A stretch of DNA of 32,000 nt. It comes from Trichodesmium erythraeum IMS101. GTDB taxonomy: Bacteria; Cyanobacteriota; Cyanobacteriia; Cyanobacteriales; Microcoleaceae. The notes under the pieces were generated by a model. It saw only the letters and a program-made list of their open reading frames with translations, was not told where the DNA came from and ran no database searches. This document shows, one piece after another, positions 19,663 through 28,878 of this stretch; position 1 is the first letter of the stretch, and each line of letters starts with the position of its first letter. A program made the translations under genes and the position numbers. Location: contig NC_008312.1 of NCBI RefSeq assembly GCF_000014265.1, forward strand, positions 300,001 through 332,000, written 5' to 3'.

Positions 19663-20445
19663 TCATAAATCTATAACAGGCCAATCAGACTCTCGATAGT
19701 ATTTAGTCATATTATCAAACTTTCGTAGTTCTGCCCGATGTACCAAAATTTCTGGAGTAGGCTCCAAGAACTTATTATTTAAATTTGAAATAGTTTCCCC
19801 CAGACCAGGAATATCTAAATTTGATGGAATTTCCCCAAAATATCCCAAGGTAACATGAGCAGTCAAATGATATTGCTGTTCAATGCCTAGAGCAATGAAA
19901 TTAGGATTTTGATAAATTGACCGACGTAATTTGAGAACTTGTTCATAAGAAACTTCATCTTTTGGAACTAAACAAACACCAATTGATCTAGTCATGACTA
20001 TAATTCCGAAAATTTGCCAGTTAACTTTATGGCCATTATCTGAAACAGATAACCCCTGAAAACTTTCTGCAATACAAGAATGTAATTTTTCTTCAAATTT
20101 AGAATTATTCTGACTAGCATTTAGAAAGGCACTTTCCCAAATTAAATCCGCCAAGGTAAAATGAAAACTATTGCTAGGAACTGGAACCATTAAACTTGTG
20201 CCTAATAGTTCTATTAATTCTTTTTGACACTCTTGTAAACACTTATAAAAATTACTGTTTTGTGAGTCCTCATCCTCTGGTGGAGTAATAACTGAATAGC
20301 CGGGAAAGTTTTCAGCCTCAACTTGGCCATCAATGAGTTTTTTAAACTTGGGAGAAGGTTGAATATATTCCAACTGAGATTTGTAACTTTGTGGTAGCGT
20401 CATCTGAGCTACTCGGTTAATGTAATTCTGATATGTATCGTCCAA
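19663..20445 (-). CDS. DUF1868-like protein of the 2H phosphoesterase (LigT-like) superfamily
   Basis: Two HxTx motifs at the characteristic spacing: FHFTLADL and AHVTLGYF. The TTG start at 20445 is preceded by AAGGGGA about 8 nt upstream. The ATG at 20403 is an alternative start. Confidence 0.8.
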   Translation of the reverse strand: MDDTYQNYINRVAQMTLPQSYKSQLEYIQPSPKFKKLIDGQVEAENFPGYSVITPPEDEDSQNSNFYKCLQECQKELIELLGTSLMVPVPSNSFHFTLADLIWESAFLNASQNNSKFEEKLHSCIAESFQGLSVSDNGHKVNWQIFGIIVMTRSIGVCLVPKDEVSYEQVLKLRRSIYQNPNFIALGIEQQYHLTAHVTLGYFGEIPSNLDIPGLGETISNLNNKFLEPTPEILVHRAELRKFDNMTKYYRESDWPVIDL

Positions 20446-20476
20446 TCTTAATTTCCCCTTGTCAAAAATAGCTTTT

Positions 20477-21466
20477 ATGTCAATTTACCTCTACTTTGGC
20501 GAGGATGAATATTCAATGATGCAAGCTGTTAATGCTTTACGTCAATCTTTCCTAGATCCTATCTGGACTAGCTTTAATTATGACAAAATTTTGCCAACAA
20601 CAGACGCACCTCAGATTGCATTAAATCAGGCCATGACACCACCGTTTGGTTCTGGTTATCGTTTTGTATGGCTAGTAGATACTACTATAACTCAGCATTG
20701 TTCAGAAAGTTTATTGGAAGATTTGGAAATAACTTTACCTCAGGTTCCCGAAACAACCGTGTTATTATTTACTACCCCTAATAAACCCAATCAAAAACTT
20801 AAGTCCACAAAATTGATCCAAAAATGGGCTAAAGTTCGAGATTTCTCTCTTATTCCTCCTTGGAAAACAGAATTACTGGAACAGCAAGTCAAAGAAATAG
20901 CTCAGGAAATGGGAGTTAAGCTTACTCCTACTGGAATTACTTTTTTAGCAGAAGCTTTAGGTAACGATCGCCAAAAACTTCATAGTGAGTTGACTAAATT
21001 GCAACTTTATATTTCTCAAGATACGGTTTTAGACTTAGAAGTAATTACTACTCTAATAGGGTCTCAAACTCAAAGTAGTTTGAAGTTGGCCGCAGCTATT
21101 CGTTCAGGAGAGACGGTTAAAGCTTTAGAGTTAGTAGAAAATTTAATTGCCCATAATGAGCATCCATTAAGAATAGTAGCTACTTTAGTAGGCCAATTTA
21201 GAACATGGTTGTGGGTAAAACTAATGATAGAAATAGGAGAAAAAGATGAAAAAGCGATCGCTCAAGCTGCAGAAATAAACAACCCGAAGCGGGTATATTT
21301 TTTACGGCAAGAGGTAAAGTCTCTATCATTAAATCAGTTACAGAAAACCTTACCCTTATTGTTAGAGTTGGAAGTAAGTCTCAAGCAAGGAAAAGAAGAA
21401 ATATCTATTTTAAAAACTAAAATTATCGAACTTTGTCAGCTTTTGAGTTCAAAAAGAAATTTCTAG
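20477..21466 (+). CDS. holA: DNA polymerase III delta subunit
   Basis: The N-terminus MSIYLYFGEDEYSM is typical of HolA. The length (329 aa) and helical C-terminal domains fit the family. I prefer the ATG at 20477 to the TTG at 20459. Confidence 0.8.
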   Translation: MSIYLYFGEDEYSMMQAVNALRQSFLDPIWTSFNYDKILPTTDAPQIALNQAMTPPFGSGYRFVWLVDTTITQHCSESLLEDLEITLPQVPETTVLLFTTPNKPNQKLKSTKLIQKWAKVRDFSLIPPWKTELLEQQVKEIAQEMGVKLTPTGITFLAEALGNDRQKLHSELTKLQLYISQDTVLDLEVITTLIGSQTQSSLKLAAAIRSGETVKALELVENLIAHNEHPLRIVATLVGQFRTWLWVKLMIEIGEKDEKAIAQAAEINNPKRVYFLRQEVKSLSLNQLQKTLPLLLELEVSLKQGKEEISILKTKIIELCQLLSSKRNF

Positions 21467-22888
21467 AAAAGATCGTCAAACTATTAATTAAAATCATTAA
21501 TTTATAACCGATTACTAATCATGATTCAATTCTATCTTAGAGCTGACTTGTCAATTTAGCTCATAGTAATAAATATTACCTATATTTTATTAGTTTGGGG
21601 TTAACTGGATAAAACCTTTGGCAACACTCAAGAGAATATTTATAAACAAAACCATTTGTAGTTTTAAATTTAGGGTGAGGCAGACTTATCACTTCATTAT
21701 GGGTTTGAATCTCCTAACCCATAAATAGTAAGATTTTTTACTTAAGATTTACTTAGATATTCCCTATCTAAGCATAGCAATAAACTCAGCATCTGAATAT
21801 TTACTTGATCAATTAGCTTTTAAATAACTGTTCTTATATATTGGTAAAATTAATATTATCCTAATTATAGAATCAAAGTATTTATTAATTTTATTATCTA
21901 TAGTTAGGAGGAATTTAATATTTTATTCTCGCTTTGTAGTATAACACCTTATTTTACCAGAGGCATGAACAGATAAGAAAGAAATTGTATTTTTTTGCTC
22001 TTGTAAAAAAATTATAATTCCTGCTAATATCAGAGTAGATAGATTATCTCAGATCAAATAATGCTCTGACTATATATGATAATCTACACTATAAGTTTAA
22101 GTTGTTTTTTTGTTCTTGATCTCCCTAATCCCCTGCTCACAAAGATAGGTTTTGGAAAATAAATAACGTTAGTTCGGGTTAAGGCTACGGGTGTGAATTA
22201 TGGACAAACTAATTGTACTTACAGCTAACTATAGAATCAGGGATTTAGTTGAGACTAAACTCAGGTTAAAGAATAGAGATAATAGGGTAAAAATTAGTAG
22301 ATAAGAGTGGAAAGTTAACAAGGAAATAGAAACTTAGAGAATTAAAACTCGTAAAGATTTAGCTATCTATCACCCAAGCATTGTTTTTTCTCCCTTGTCA
22401 CTAAGTTCTCCAAGCTTAGTAACAACTAGAAAGACAAAAAACATATCTTTGTAATACCAATTTCCTGAAGTTAGACTACATATAACTTGACATCTTGGCT
22501 TTCAAGTTTAAAATTATTACTTTGACAAGTAAAGTTTTAAGTTTATAAAAAAGGTCTCATTTTTCTTAATTCTACATATTTATACTTTTAATTTATACCA
22601 TTTTTATGAATTATTGTTTTACTTTTTTAAATAAAAGATATACCTCTAACTGATCCCAAGAGTATTAGGGACGTTCCATCATGGTATCCGTACAAGAAAA
22701 GGATAATTAACAAGCATTTTGGCTCTCTATTCTCAAACAGTACGACTCTTTGGCCATGACAGCCTTGAACTAGAATATAAATGACTGTTTCCAGTTAACA
22801 CATGAGGATAACCTCGACTTGTGAAAAACTCTTATGATCTTGTAGGTGTAACTCCTAACGCCATCTTGTTTGGCTGACAGAATCAGCC

Positions 22889-23790
22889 TATGTTAGAAGG
22901 TAGCCACTAAAGATAAATTCGTGGAGCTGTTAAAGCTAAAACACTCAAAAGAAATAATGGTAATCCTCAAATATTTTTAAGTCTGGTATGGGATACAGTG
23001 GTATGGGATACAGACGAAATACCGCAGTCTTAATCCCAATCTAAAATAGAAAGACATAGATTGGAAACAGATTCTATTTAAGTTATAAAAATTAAAATTA
23101 AATTAATTTACAAAGCATCCAACCGTGGTTAACTCCATTTCAGGGCGCAAATACTACAAACTTTTGACGAAAAGTTACGATTCTAGGTGGCTAGCTGTTA
23201 GGCCTGTAATATAGGATGAGCCTTGATCAAAAAACTGCCAGAGTAGATGGCATGAAAAATCTATCAGCAATGCAAAGATTTAACCTGGTCCACCTACTTA
23301 AATCACGCCACCTTAACGCAAGTCTTATCCGTAGAGTCACTGATACCAAAACAAGAATTGGATTAAAAGCGACCGTTGGGTAAGTAGGAGGCATCCAAAT
23401 AAGTTAGACACCTGTAAGAACAAAAATATTTTCCCAAATGATAAACAAGAAATTGGATGAAGCCCGGGAGGCGAATAAATTAAAACCGATACTCAGATAT
23501 ACCTATCTACGATCAGACATCTCAAAGTTAAAGGTCATAAATCACCATTAGATAATGACTGGACTTATTAGAGTAGTAGAATTGGCAAATGTCCAGGGGT
23601 AAGAAAGGAAGTAACAACCCTACTTAAGCGACAAAAAGGTAAATTTGTATATTATGGGTTAACCTTTAGACCAACGGATATTATTCAAGTATTATTCAAG
23701 TTCACCAGATCGCTCCGAGGTCTAAAAGTGATGATAACAAATATAAAAACAAACCACTGTTGCACCAAAATTTTTAGGACGTTAAGACCA
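22889..23790 (+). pseudogene. Group II intron-encoded RT/maturase/HNH protein, frameshifted remnant
   Basis: YVR..DKFVELLKLKHSKEIMVILKYF (about 22889-22975) resembles YADDFVIL...a..v...i..fL. VNSISGRKYYKLL (about 23128-23165) resembles the maturase motif Np.irGW.nYY. LLKRQKGKFVYYGLTFRPTD plus VHQIAPRSKSDDNKYKNKPLLHQ (23620-23790) resembles the HNH region (C..C...evHHI.P.s.GG.d...N...LH). The second HNH segment is readable only after removing an 11-bp duplication. Multiple stops and frame changes are present. Confidence 0.7.
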
Positions 23791-23882
23791 CCAATAGCTT
23801 AAAATTAGTAAACCATTAAGACTTATTCAGTTGCTCGGTGGAATTTTCATGATGTACCCTTGACTTGGGATGTTTAGGAGAG

Positions 23883-23916
23883 GAGCCTGACGGGATAAAA
23901 GTCTAACGTCCGGTTT
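23883..23916 (+). ncRNA. Group II intron domain V
   Basis: GAGCCUGACGGGAU-AAAA-GUCUAACGUCCGGUUU folds into the canonical 34-nt architecture. The AGC triad is at positions 2-4, with 9 lower and 5 upper pairs (two mismatches), the 2-nt AC bulge at positions 24-25 and a 4-nt loop. Confidence 0.75.
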
Positions 23917-24131
23917 TGAAAATGAGCAGACCCTATAAAGAATTACCGGAAATAGGTTTATTTAGTCTAACATTAGGGAGATTCTAAACCCAATATATTT
24001 TTTGCTAAAACAAGAATCTACCGTTAAAACAAACTATGAAAATTTTCAACCTTGGCGGTAAGAATATCAAAATTGATTATAGTAATTAAGTAAATTAACT
24101 ATTCGCCCTCCATTCCAAAGGAGCGCTAGTC

Positions 24132-25088
24132 ATGACATCAAAAAATCTACGGGAACTTGCTAAACAAGGAGATCCAAAAGTTATCTCCTCAATTATTAAT
24201 CATTCACTACAAAAAAAGGGTATTAATGTCCAAGTAACTAAGGAGAATGATTCTCTTGAAATTAAACTGGAGTCGGATCAAGTTTTTAATCAACAAGCCT
24301 CTCTTGTTGAATTTATCCAAACTGGAATTAAGAAATTGGGAGTTGAATCAATTAATACAGTTAAGGTATATGGTGTTCCAACTGGTAATGAAATACCAGT
24401 CTGGGAAGATGAGTTTTTTTTGGATACATCACTAAAGACTAATACACCTGAACTTGAACAAGAATTGGAAGTAAGGGATTTTCCAAAAACTGCTGTAGAT
24501 AAGTTGGATCAAGAATTGGAAGCAGCATACGAAACAGAAACAGATGAAGACTACGAGGAAGGAGAATACGACGAAGAAGTTGAAGATGATGATTATGATG
24601 AGGAATTATCAGAAGACCCTAACTCTCAAAAAAAGAAGATCCCTTTAATAGCAACAATACTACTGTCTATTCTGCTGGTGCTAGTCGCTGTCGGTGCTGC
24701 ATTGCACTTTAGTGGGATATTTTCACTCCCATTCCTCAATAATTCAAAGCAGCCAGACGCTAATTCTAATAATGTTAACTCATCTACACCAAACACTTCT
24801 CCTGATGATTCTCCGGATTCAACATCTGCAACAACAGACTCTACAACTAGTGTTTCAAATCCTTGGTATTTTGCTGTTAAGAGCGCCCAAAGTGCTGCTA
24901 AAAAAGCTCAGACTGCTCAAACTAAATCTGAATGGAATGCAGTAGCTAGTGACTGGCAAAAAGCTGTCGAGCTAATGAAAAAAGTACCGGAGTCCAACTC
25001 AAATTATCAAAGAGCACAAAAAAAAGTTGTTGAGTATCAAAATAATTTAGATATAGCAAAGCAAAGGGCAGATAAAGCTTTTAATTAG
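24132..25088 (+). CDS. Modular single-pass membrane protein, hypothetical
   Basis: AAGGAG lies 8 nt before the ATG. The N-terminal ~95-aa domain (LAKQGDPKVISSIINHSLQKKGINV...VKVYG) recurs at cyanobacterial protein N-termini in my experience. It is followed by an extreme D/E/Y acidic tract, one TM helix (IPLIATILLSILLVLVAVGAAL), an S/T/P/D/N-rich linker and a helical C-terminal domain. Confidence 0.8.
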   Translation: MTSKNLRELAKQGDPKVISSIINHSLQKKGINVQVTKENDSLEIKLESDQVFNQQASLVEFIQTGIKKLGVESINTVKVYGVPTGNEIPVWEDEFFLDTSLKTNTPELEQELEVRDFPKTAVDKLDQELEAAYETETDEDYEEGEYDEEVEDDDYDEELSEDPNSQKKKIPLIATILLSILLVLVAVGAALHFSGIFSLPFLNNSKQPDANSNNVNSSTPNTSPDDSPDSTSATTDSTTSVSNPWYFAVKSAQSAAKKAQTAQTKSEWNAVASDWQKAVELMKKVPESNSNYQRAQKKVVEYQNNLDIAKQRADKAFN

Positions 25089-25106
25089 GAGCCAGTAAAC
25101 AAAAAC

Positions 25107-26174
25107 ATGAAACTTTTTGTACCAGGTCGCCTTTGTTTATTTGGAGAACATAGTGATTGGGCAGGAGGGTATCGTTCTATGAACCCCCAAATAGATAAAG
25201 GCTATACAATTGTAGTAGGAGTTGATCAAGGAATTTATGCAGATGTCAAACCCCATCCTACTCATTTAATTATCAAGACAACTTTGAATAATGAAAGTCT
25301 GATACAGTCGTTTAATTTGCATAAGCATAAAGAAATATTATTAGCAGAAGCTCGTCGGGGAGGAGTTTTTAGTTATGTAGCTGGGGTTGTATATCAAGTT
25401 ATTAATAATTATTCAGTAGGTGGTTTAGAAATAGATAATTATTTCACAGATTTACCAATTAAAAAGGGTCTATCATCAAGCGCGGCTATTTGTGTATTGG
25501 TGGCTAGAGCTTTTAACCTATTGTATGATTTAAAACTAAATATTCGTTCGGAAATGGAGTTAGCTTATCAGGGGGAAGTTACTACTCCTTCTCGTTGTGG
25601 CAAGATGGACCAAGCTTGTGCTTATGGTAAGCAAGCAATTATGATGATATTTGACGGGGAAAAAACGGATATTATTGAACTTAATCCACCAAAAAAAGAT
25701 TTATTCTTTGTTATTGTTGATCTAGGCGCGAGCAAAGATACTCAAGAGATATTGACTAGATTAAATAAATGTTATATAGAAGAAGCTAATAAAGTAAATG
25801 AGAATGTACAATATTATCTTGGAGTTATTAATGCTGATATTACTAAACAAGCAGCATTAGCCTGGCAAAAAGGGGATGGAGAAAAAATTGGTAGTTTGAT
25901 GCTCAAAGCACAAATTGAATTTGATAAATATATGATACCAGCTTGTCCTTCACAATTAACATCTCCAGTACTCCATTTATTACTAAATTATTCACGTCTC
26001 CAAGAATATATTTGGGGTGGTAAAGGAGTTGGTTCTCAAGGTGATGGAACAGCTCAATTCATTGCTAAAGATGAGAATAGTCAACAGAAGTTAATTGAAA
26101 TAATTAACCTAGATTTTCCTAAAATGCAATGTTTTAAATTAGTAGTTAGGGCTGAATATAGCAATTCTAAATGA
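25107..26174 (+). CDS. GHMP-family sugar kinase (galactokinase/fucokinase-like)
   Basis: The N-terminal GRLCLFGEHSDWAGG resembles the galactokinase signature. GHMP motif II is PIKKGLSSSAAICVLVARAF, and the C-terminal motif is GGKGVGSQGDGTAQF. It starts 19 nt after the preceding gene, so co-transcription is likely. Confidence 0.88.
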   Translation: MKLFVPGRLCLFGEHSDWAGGYRSMNPQIDKGYTIVVGVDQGIYADVKPHPTHLIIKTTLNNESLIQSFNLHKHKEILLAEARRGGVFSYVAGVVYQVINNYSVGGLEIDNYFTDLPIKKGLSSSAAICVLVARAFNLLYDLKLNIRSEMELAYQGEVTTPSRCGKMDQACAYGKQAIMMIFDGEKTDIIELNPPKKDLFFVIVDLGASKDTQEILTRLNKCYIEEANKVNENVQYYLGVINADITKQAALAWQKGDGEKIGSLMLKAQIEFDKYMIPACPSQLTSPVLHLLLNYSRLQEYIWGGKGVGSQGDGTAQFIAKDENSQQKLIEIINLDFPKMQCFKLVVRAEYSNSK

Positions 26175-26842
26175 TATTAGAGAAAGTCTCTATTAAAAAA
26201 AATATAGTTAAATTTTGTAAGATAAACAATTGAGTTTTTCCATGATACTTAATTTATATTCAAAATCATTTAGAATGAGTATATCTAACCAATACATTGA
26301 ATTATAAGCTTCCCTTTTTTTTAGCTGAACCTTTTGCTTTCTAGTTACTTATGCATATTTCTCGTTAATCAAAAAAATTAGGTGGATAGCCTTTCCTTTA
26401 AAGGTTTGGGACAAAAGTTCCCTATTAGTATTTTAAGCCTATTATTTTAGCTAGAAGTATTGATAACTAATAACTGGCTAAACTGGTAATAACTTGAAAT
26501 GACATAACCTTGTAGCCATTGCTCCGAAGCTTAGAATAAATAAAGAATTCCAGCTAGTAAAATCCTGATCTTAAACAGTTGGTAAGTCAATACACGAGTA
26601 GCTTGATAAATCAGCTTCTGGGTAGGTTTTTCGACATTTTTTCCACGTTAGGAGCACAAAAACCTCTGCTTACCGTTGTGAATATGGCCATTATTTAGAT
26701 TTTTTGAAGATGGACACTTTAGACAAATAGCCATAGATGAAGAATATCAATAGTGACTTTTATTCCTCCATAATTACTTATGGAACACTACCTTAATGGT
26801 CATATTGCTTAACAAGCAGTATTAGCCTGAAAACAAGTGGAT

Positions 26843-27853
26843 GAGGTGCATCTCAATTAAGCAATAAGTAATTGTACTCAAGAAGAGGAAATACTAAAAC
26901 CACTTGGTTAATTCACTGGTAAAATTGAATTATAAAGCATTCTTATTTTTGGGGTTTTGCGATCGCATTTATACAACATGAAAATCAAACAGCAAAATTA
27001 CCATTAAGATCAGCACATCGATGCTGGAGTATACAGGACACATTTTTTCGTGACCATTGTGCCTCTGCCAATTTAACTCCCTTGATAGTTAATAATGAGA
27101 GATTGATGCTTTCTCAAATATTGAATCAAACCATTTAAACCTTGACATTTATGTTGACTTAGATAGCAGATGACGAGACAATACCAAACTTTATCCATCT
27201 GAGCCTGAGTACCTTGCACTTTGTACAAGTTTTCCATGGTTATGATAGCAGTCCAATATTTCTTCCCGCTGCTCTGCTGTTCCCACCTTAGGGAAGATAT
27301 TCCATACTCCGTCATGGCCGTCTCCCAAGCAGGCCAACTTTTCACCTAGAATCTGACCATTAATTCCAGAGAATAATCCTTCATGATCTTTGAAAAATTC
27401 TACCTTGACTTGAGTGTGAATATTAACTGCTTTGTATTCTCGCCACTCACTTATCTCCCCTAATGGGATGGGTAAGCTCACCATTCCTCCATCCAAGCTG
27501 ATTTCTCTGATATGCTTTTTGAGAGTTATTTCCTCCCATTCCTGTCACCCTACAATGTTTTGATACAAAAAATCCCAGTTGGGGAGTGATTTGTTCTTGG
27601 ACTAAACTTTTGAGCTGTTTGTCTATTTCTTCCATACTTTTGAATTCAGTAGCGTCAGCTTCAGAATAGAGTATTTTAGCGATCGCCTCTAGGTGTTTAT
27701 TCAGTTCAGCATAATTTTGAGCATCTATAAATCAAGTCATTCCTGATAATAAGTCTTTTATTATCCTTTTTTTGATCTCTGTTTTCTTAAGTACAACTAT
27801 TCTCCCTTATTCTTGAGACAATTAACTACTTATCGCTTAATTGAGATGCATCC
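26843..27853 (-). mobile_element. IS remnant (about 1.0 kb) with ~40-nt terminal inverted repeats and a target-site duplication
   Basis: The ends share TGCATCTCAATTAAGC.ATAAGTA..ATTGT.CTCAAGAA in inverted orientation. AGTGGAT directly flanks both ends (26836-26842 and 27854-27860), whereas the intact paralog has a single copy of the corresponding sequence. The element is too short to encode an intact transposase. Confidence 0.8.
27073..27635 (-). pseudogene. DDE transposase fragments (ISKra4-like by motif recall), split over three frames
   Basis: LGDGHDGVWNIF, then REEILDCYH continued in another frame as ...MENLYKVQGT. This resembles the G-DG-.-WIWN and ILD.YH..ENLYK motifs of ISKra4-type cyanobacterial transposases. 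The family assignment is from memory and tentative. Confidence 0.6.
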
Positions 27854-28051
27854 AGTGGATAGAAAAAGAAACTGGTAATTTAATGCTAAAAGCACAAACC
27901 TGTTTTTGATAAATATTATGATACCAGTTTTACTTCACAATTAATATCTCCTGTAGTGCACTCATTACTAAATTATTTACTCCTCCAAGAATATACTTTT
28001 TGGGGTGGTAAAGAGTAGATTCCAAAGGAAATATAACAGCTCAATTAACTA

Positions 28052-28622
28052 GACATCTTGTGAAAATCTTCAAATACTTACTCTAACTATTATTAGAAGA
28101 GTTATCACTCTTCACCTTTGGCTGTTCCTAGCTATCTAGAATTAACTTAAACTCTGTTGAAATTTATTTAACTCTTTTCCGAGTCACTTAAATTTTTTCA
28201 CCTTTTATAACAGGCTTTATGATAAGATATATCCTATTATCGAAAACCACTAATTAAAAGCATTATTTTAATCATGTTTGACTCACTCCACATTTATTAA
28301 GTTTATATGTTTAAATTAATGTTAATATAATCTTTTATAAAAATAATAATTGTGGTCTTCCAGCACCACTACTTGCAATAATTATGAGCTTTTTTTTTGA
28401 TTAAGATAATTTCTGTTGAGAATATATAATATTCTGTCTTAAATTATTACTTTTTTTGAAAATTATTATAACTATTCATGCTTAGTACGTAATAAATACC
28501 GTCTTTCTTGATAACAATTCTGGTACAGTTAGAATATATTACTAATTATTTGTTAAATTATGTGTTAATAAAATGCAATTATTTAATATTTTATGACGAT
28601 TTATTGATTTTTAGGATATGTC
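28052..28622. mobile_element. MITE-like non-autonomous insertion (571 bp) in the GHMP pseudogene
   Basis: Relative to the intact paralog this is a clean insertion between ...CAGCTCAATTAAC and TCCCTAAAG... TA lies on both sides (28050-28051 and 28623-28624). The termini GACATCTTGTGAAAATC / GATTTTTAGGATATGTC are inverted repeats matching at 13 of 17 positions. There is no ORF and the segment is very AT-rich. Confidence 0.45.
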
Positions 28623-28878
28623 TATCCCTAAAGGTCAAAAGGATAAACAGCAGTTAATTATTTTAATTAACCTAGATTTTCCTAAAATGCAAAGTTTTAA
28701 ATTAGTAGTTAGGACTTAAGATATCGAACAATTAACTAACTTTACCTCAAAGCTAGAAAAAAATTAGGGAGAGGGAGGGGAATATCGACAACATTGACAC
28801 ATTAACTAGGTAATGATTTTAGAAGTAAAATTAGCCTCTAGTTCCAGTAAATTCAAATTCCCTGACTCCCCATTTTAC

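Larger units (their letters stand above)
22191..23971 (+). mobile_element. Decayed group II intron (3' end well supported; 5' end tentative)
   Basis: Supported by domain V at 23883-23916 and by intron-encoded-protein remnants in shifting frames: RT motif-5 region, X/maturase motif, HNH. The element ends ...TTTAGTCTAAC (AY terminus) exactly where similarity to the second remnant (30462) stops. GTGTG at 22191 fits the GUGYG 5' consensus but is otherwise unverified. Confidence 0.75.
26380..28715 (+). pseudogene. Decayed tandem copy of the GHMP kinase gene, interrupted by two insertions
   Basis: By-eye alignment to the intact gene: 26808-26842 matches 25842-25876; 27861-28049 matches 25877-26060 (for example GATAAATATTATGATACCAG and TTGGGGTGGTAAAG); 28625-28715 matches 26065-26150 (TTAATTAACCTAGATTTTCCTAAAATGCAA.GTTTTAAATTAGTAGTTAGG). 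Stops and frameshifts occur throughout. Upstream similarity is weaker, so the 5' limit is approximate. Confidence 0.7.

Noticed and set aside
21697-21724. tRNA-like sequence (GGGTTTGAATCTCC resembles a T-loop) in a 9-bp perfect hairpin, TTATGGGTT / AACCCATAA
   Set aside because: No acceptor, D or anticodon arms can be built around it, and the T-arm pairing does not work. It is just a hairpin about 230 nt downstream of holA, possibly a transcript 3' structure.
26178-26192. Hairpin TAGAGA-aag-TCTCTA right after the GHMP kinase stop as an intrinsic terminator
   Set aside because: The stem is a short 6-bp AT-rich one, followed by an A-run rather than a T-run on the coding strand.
25107-28715. 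The intact and decayed GHMP kinase pair as a diversity-generating retroelement template/variable repeat pair
   Set aside because: Differences between the copies include indels, stops and all substitution types rather than adenine-specific changes. The only reverse transcriptase nearby is a dead intron remnant.
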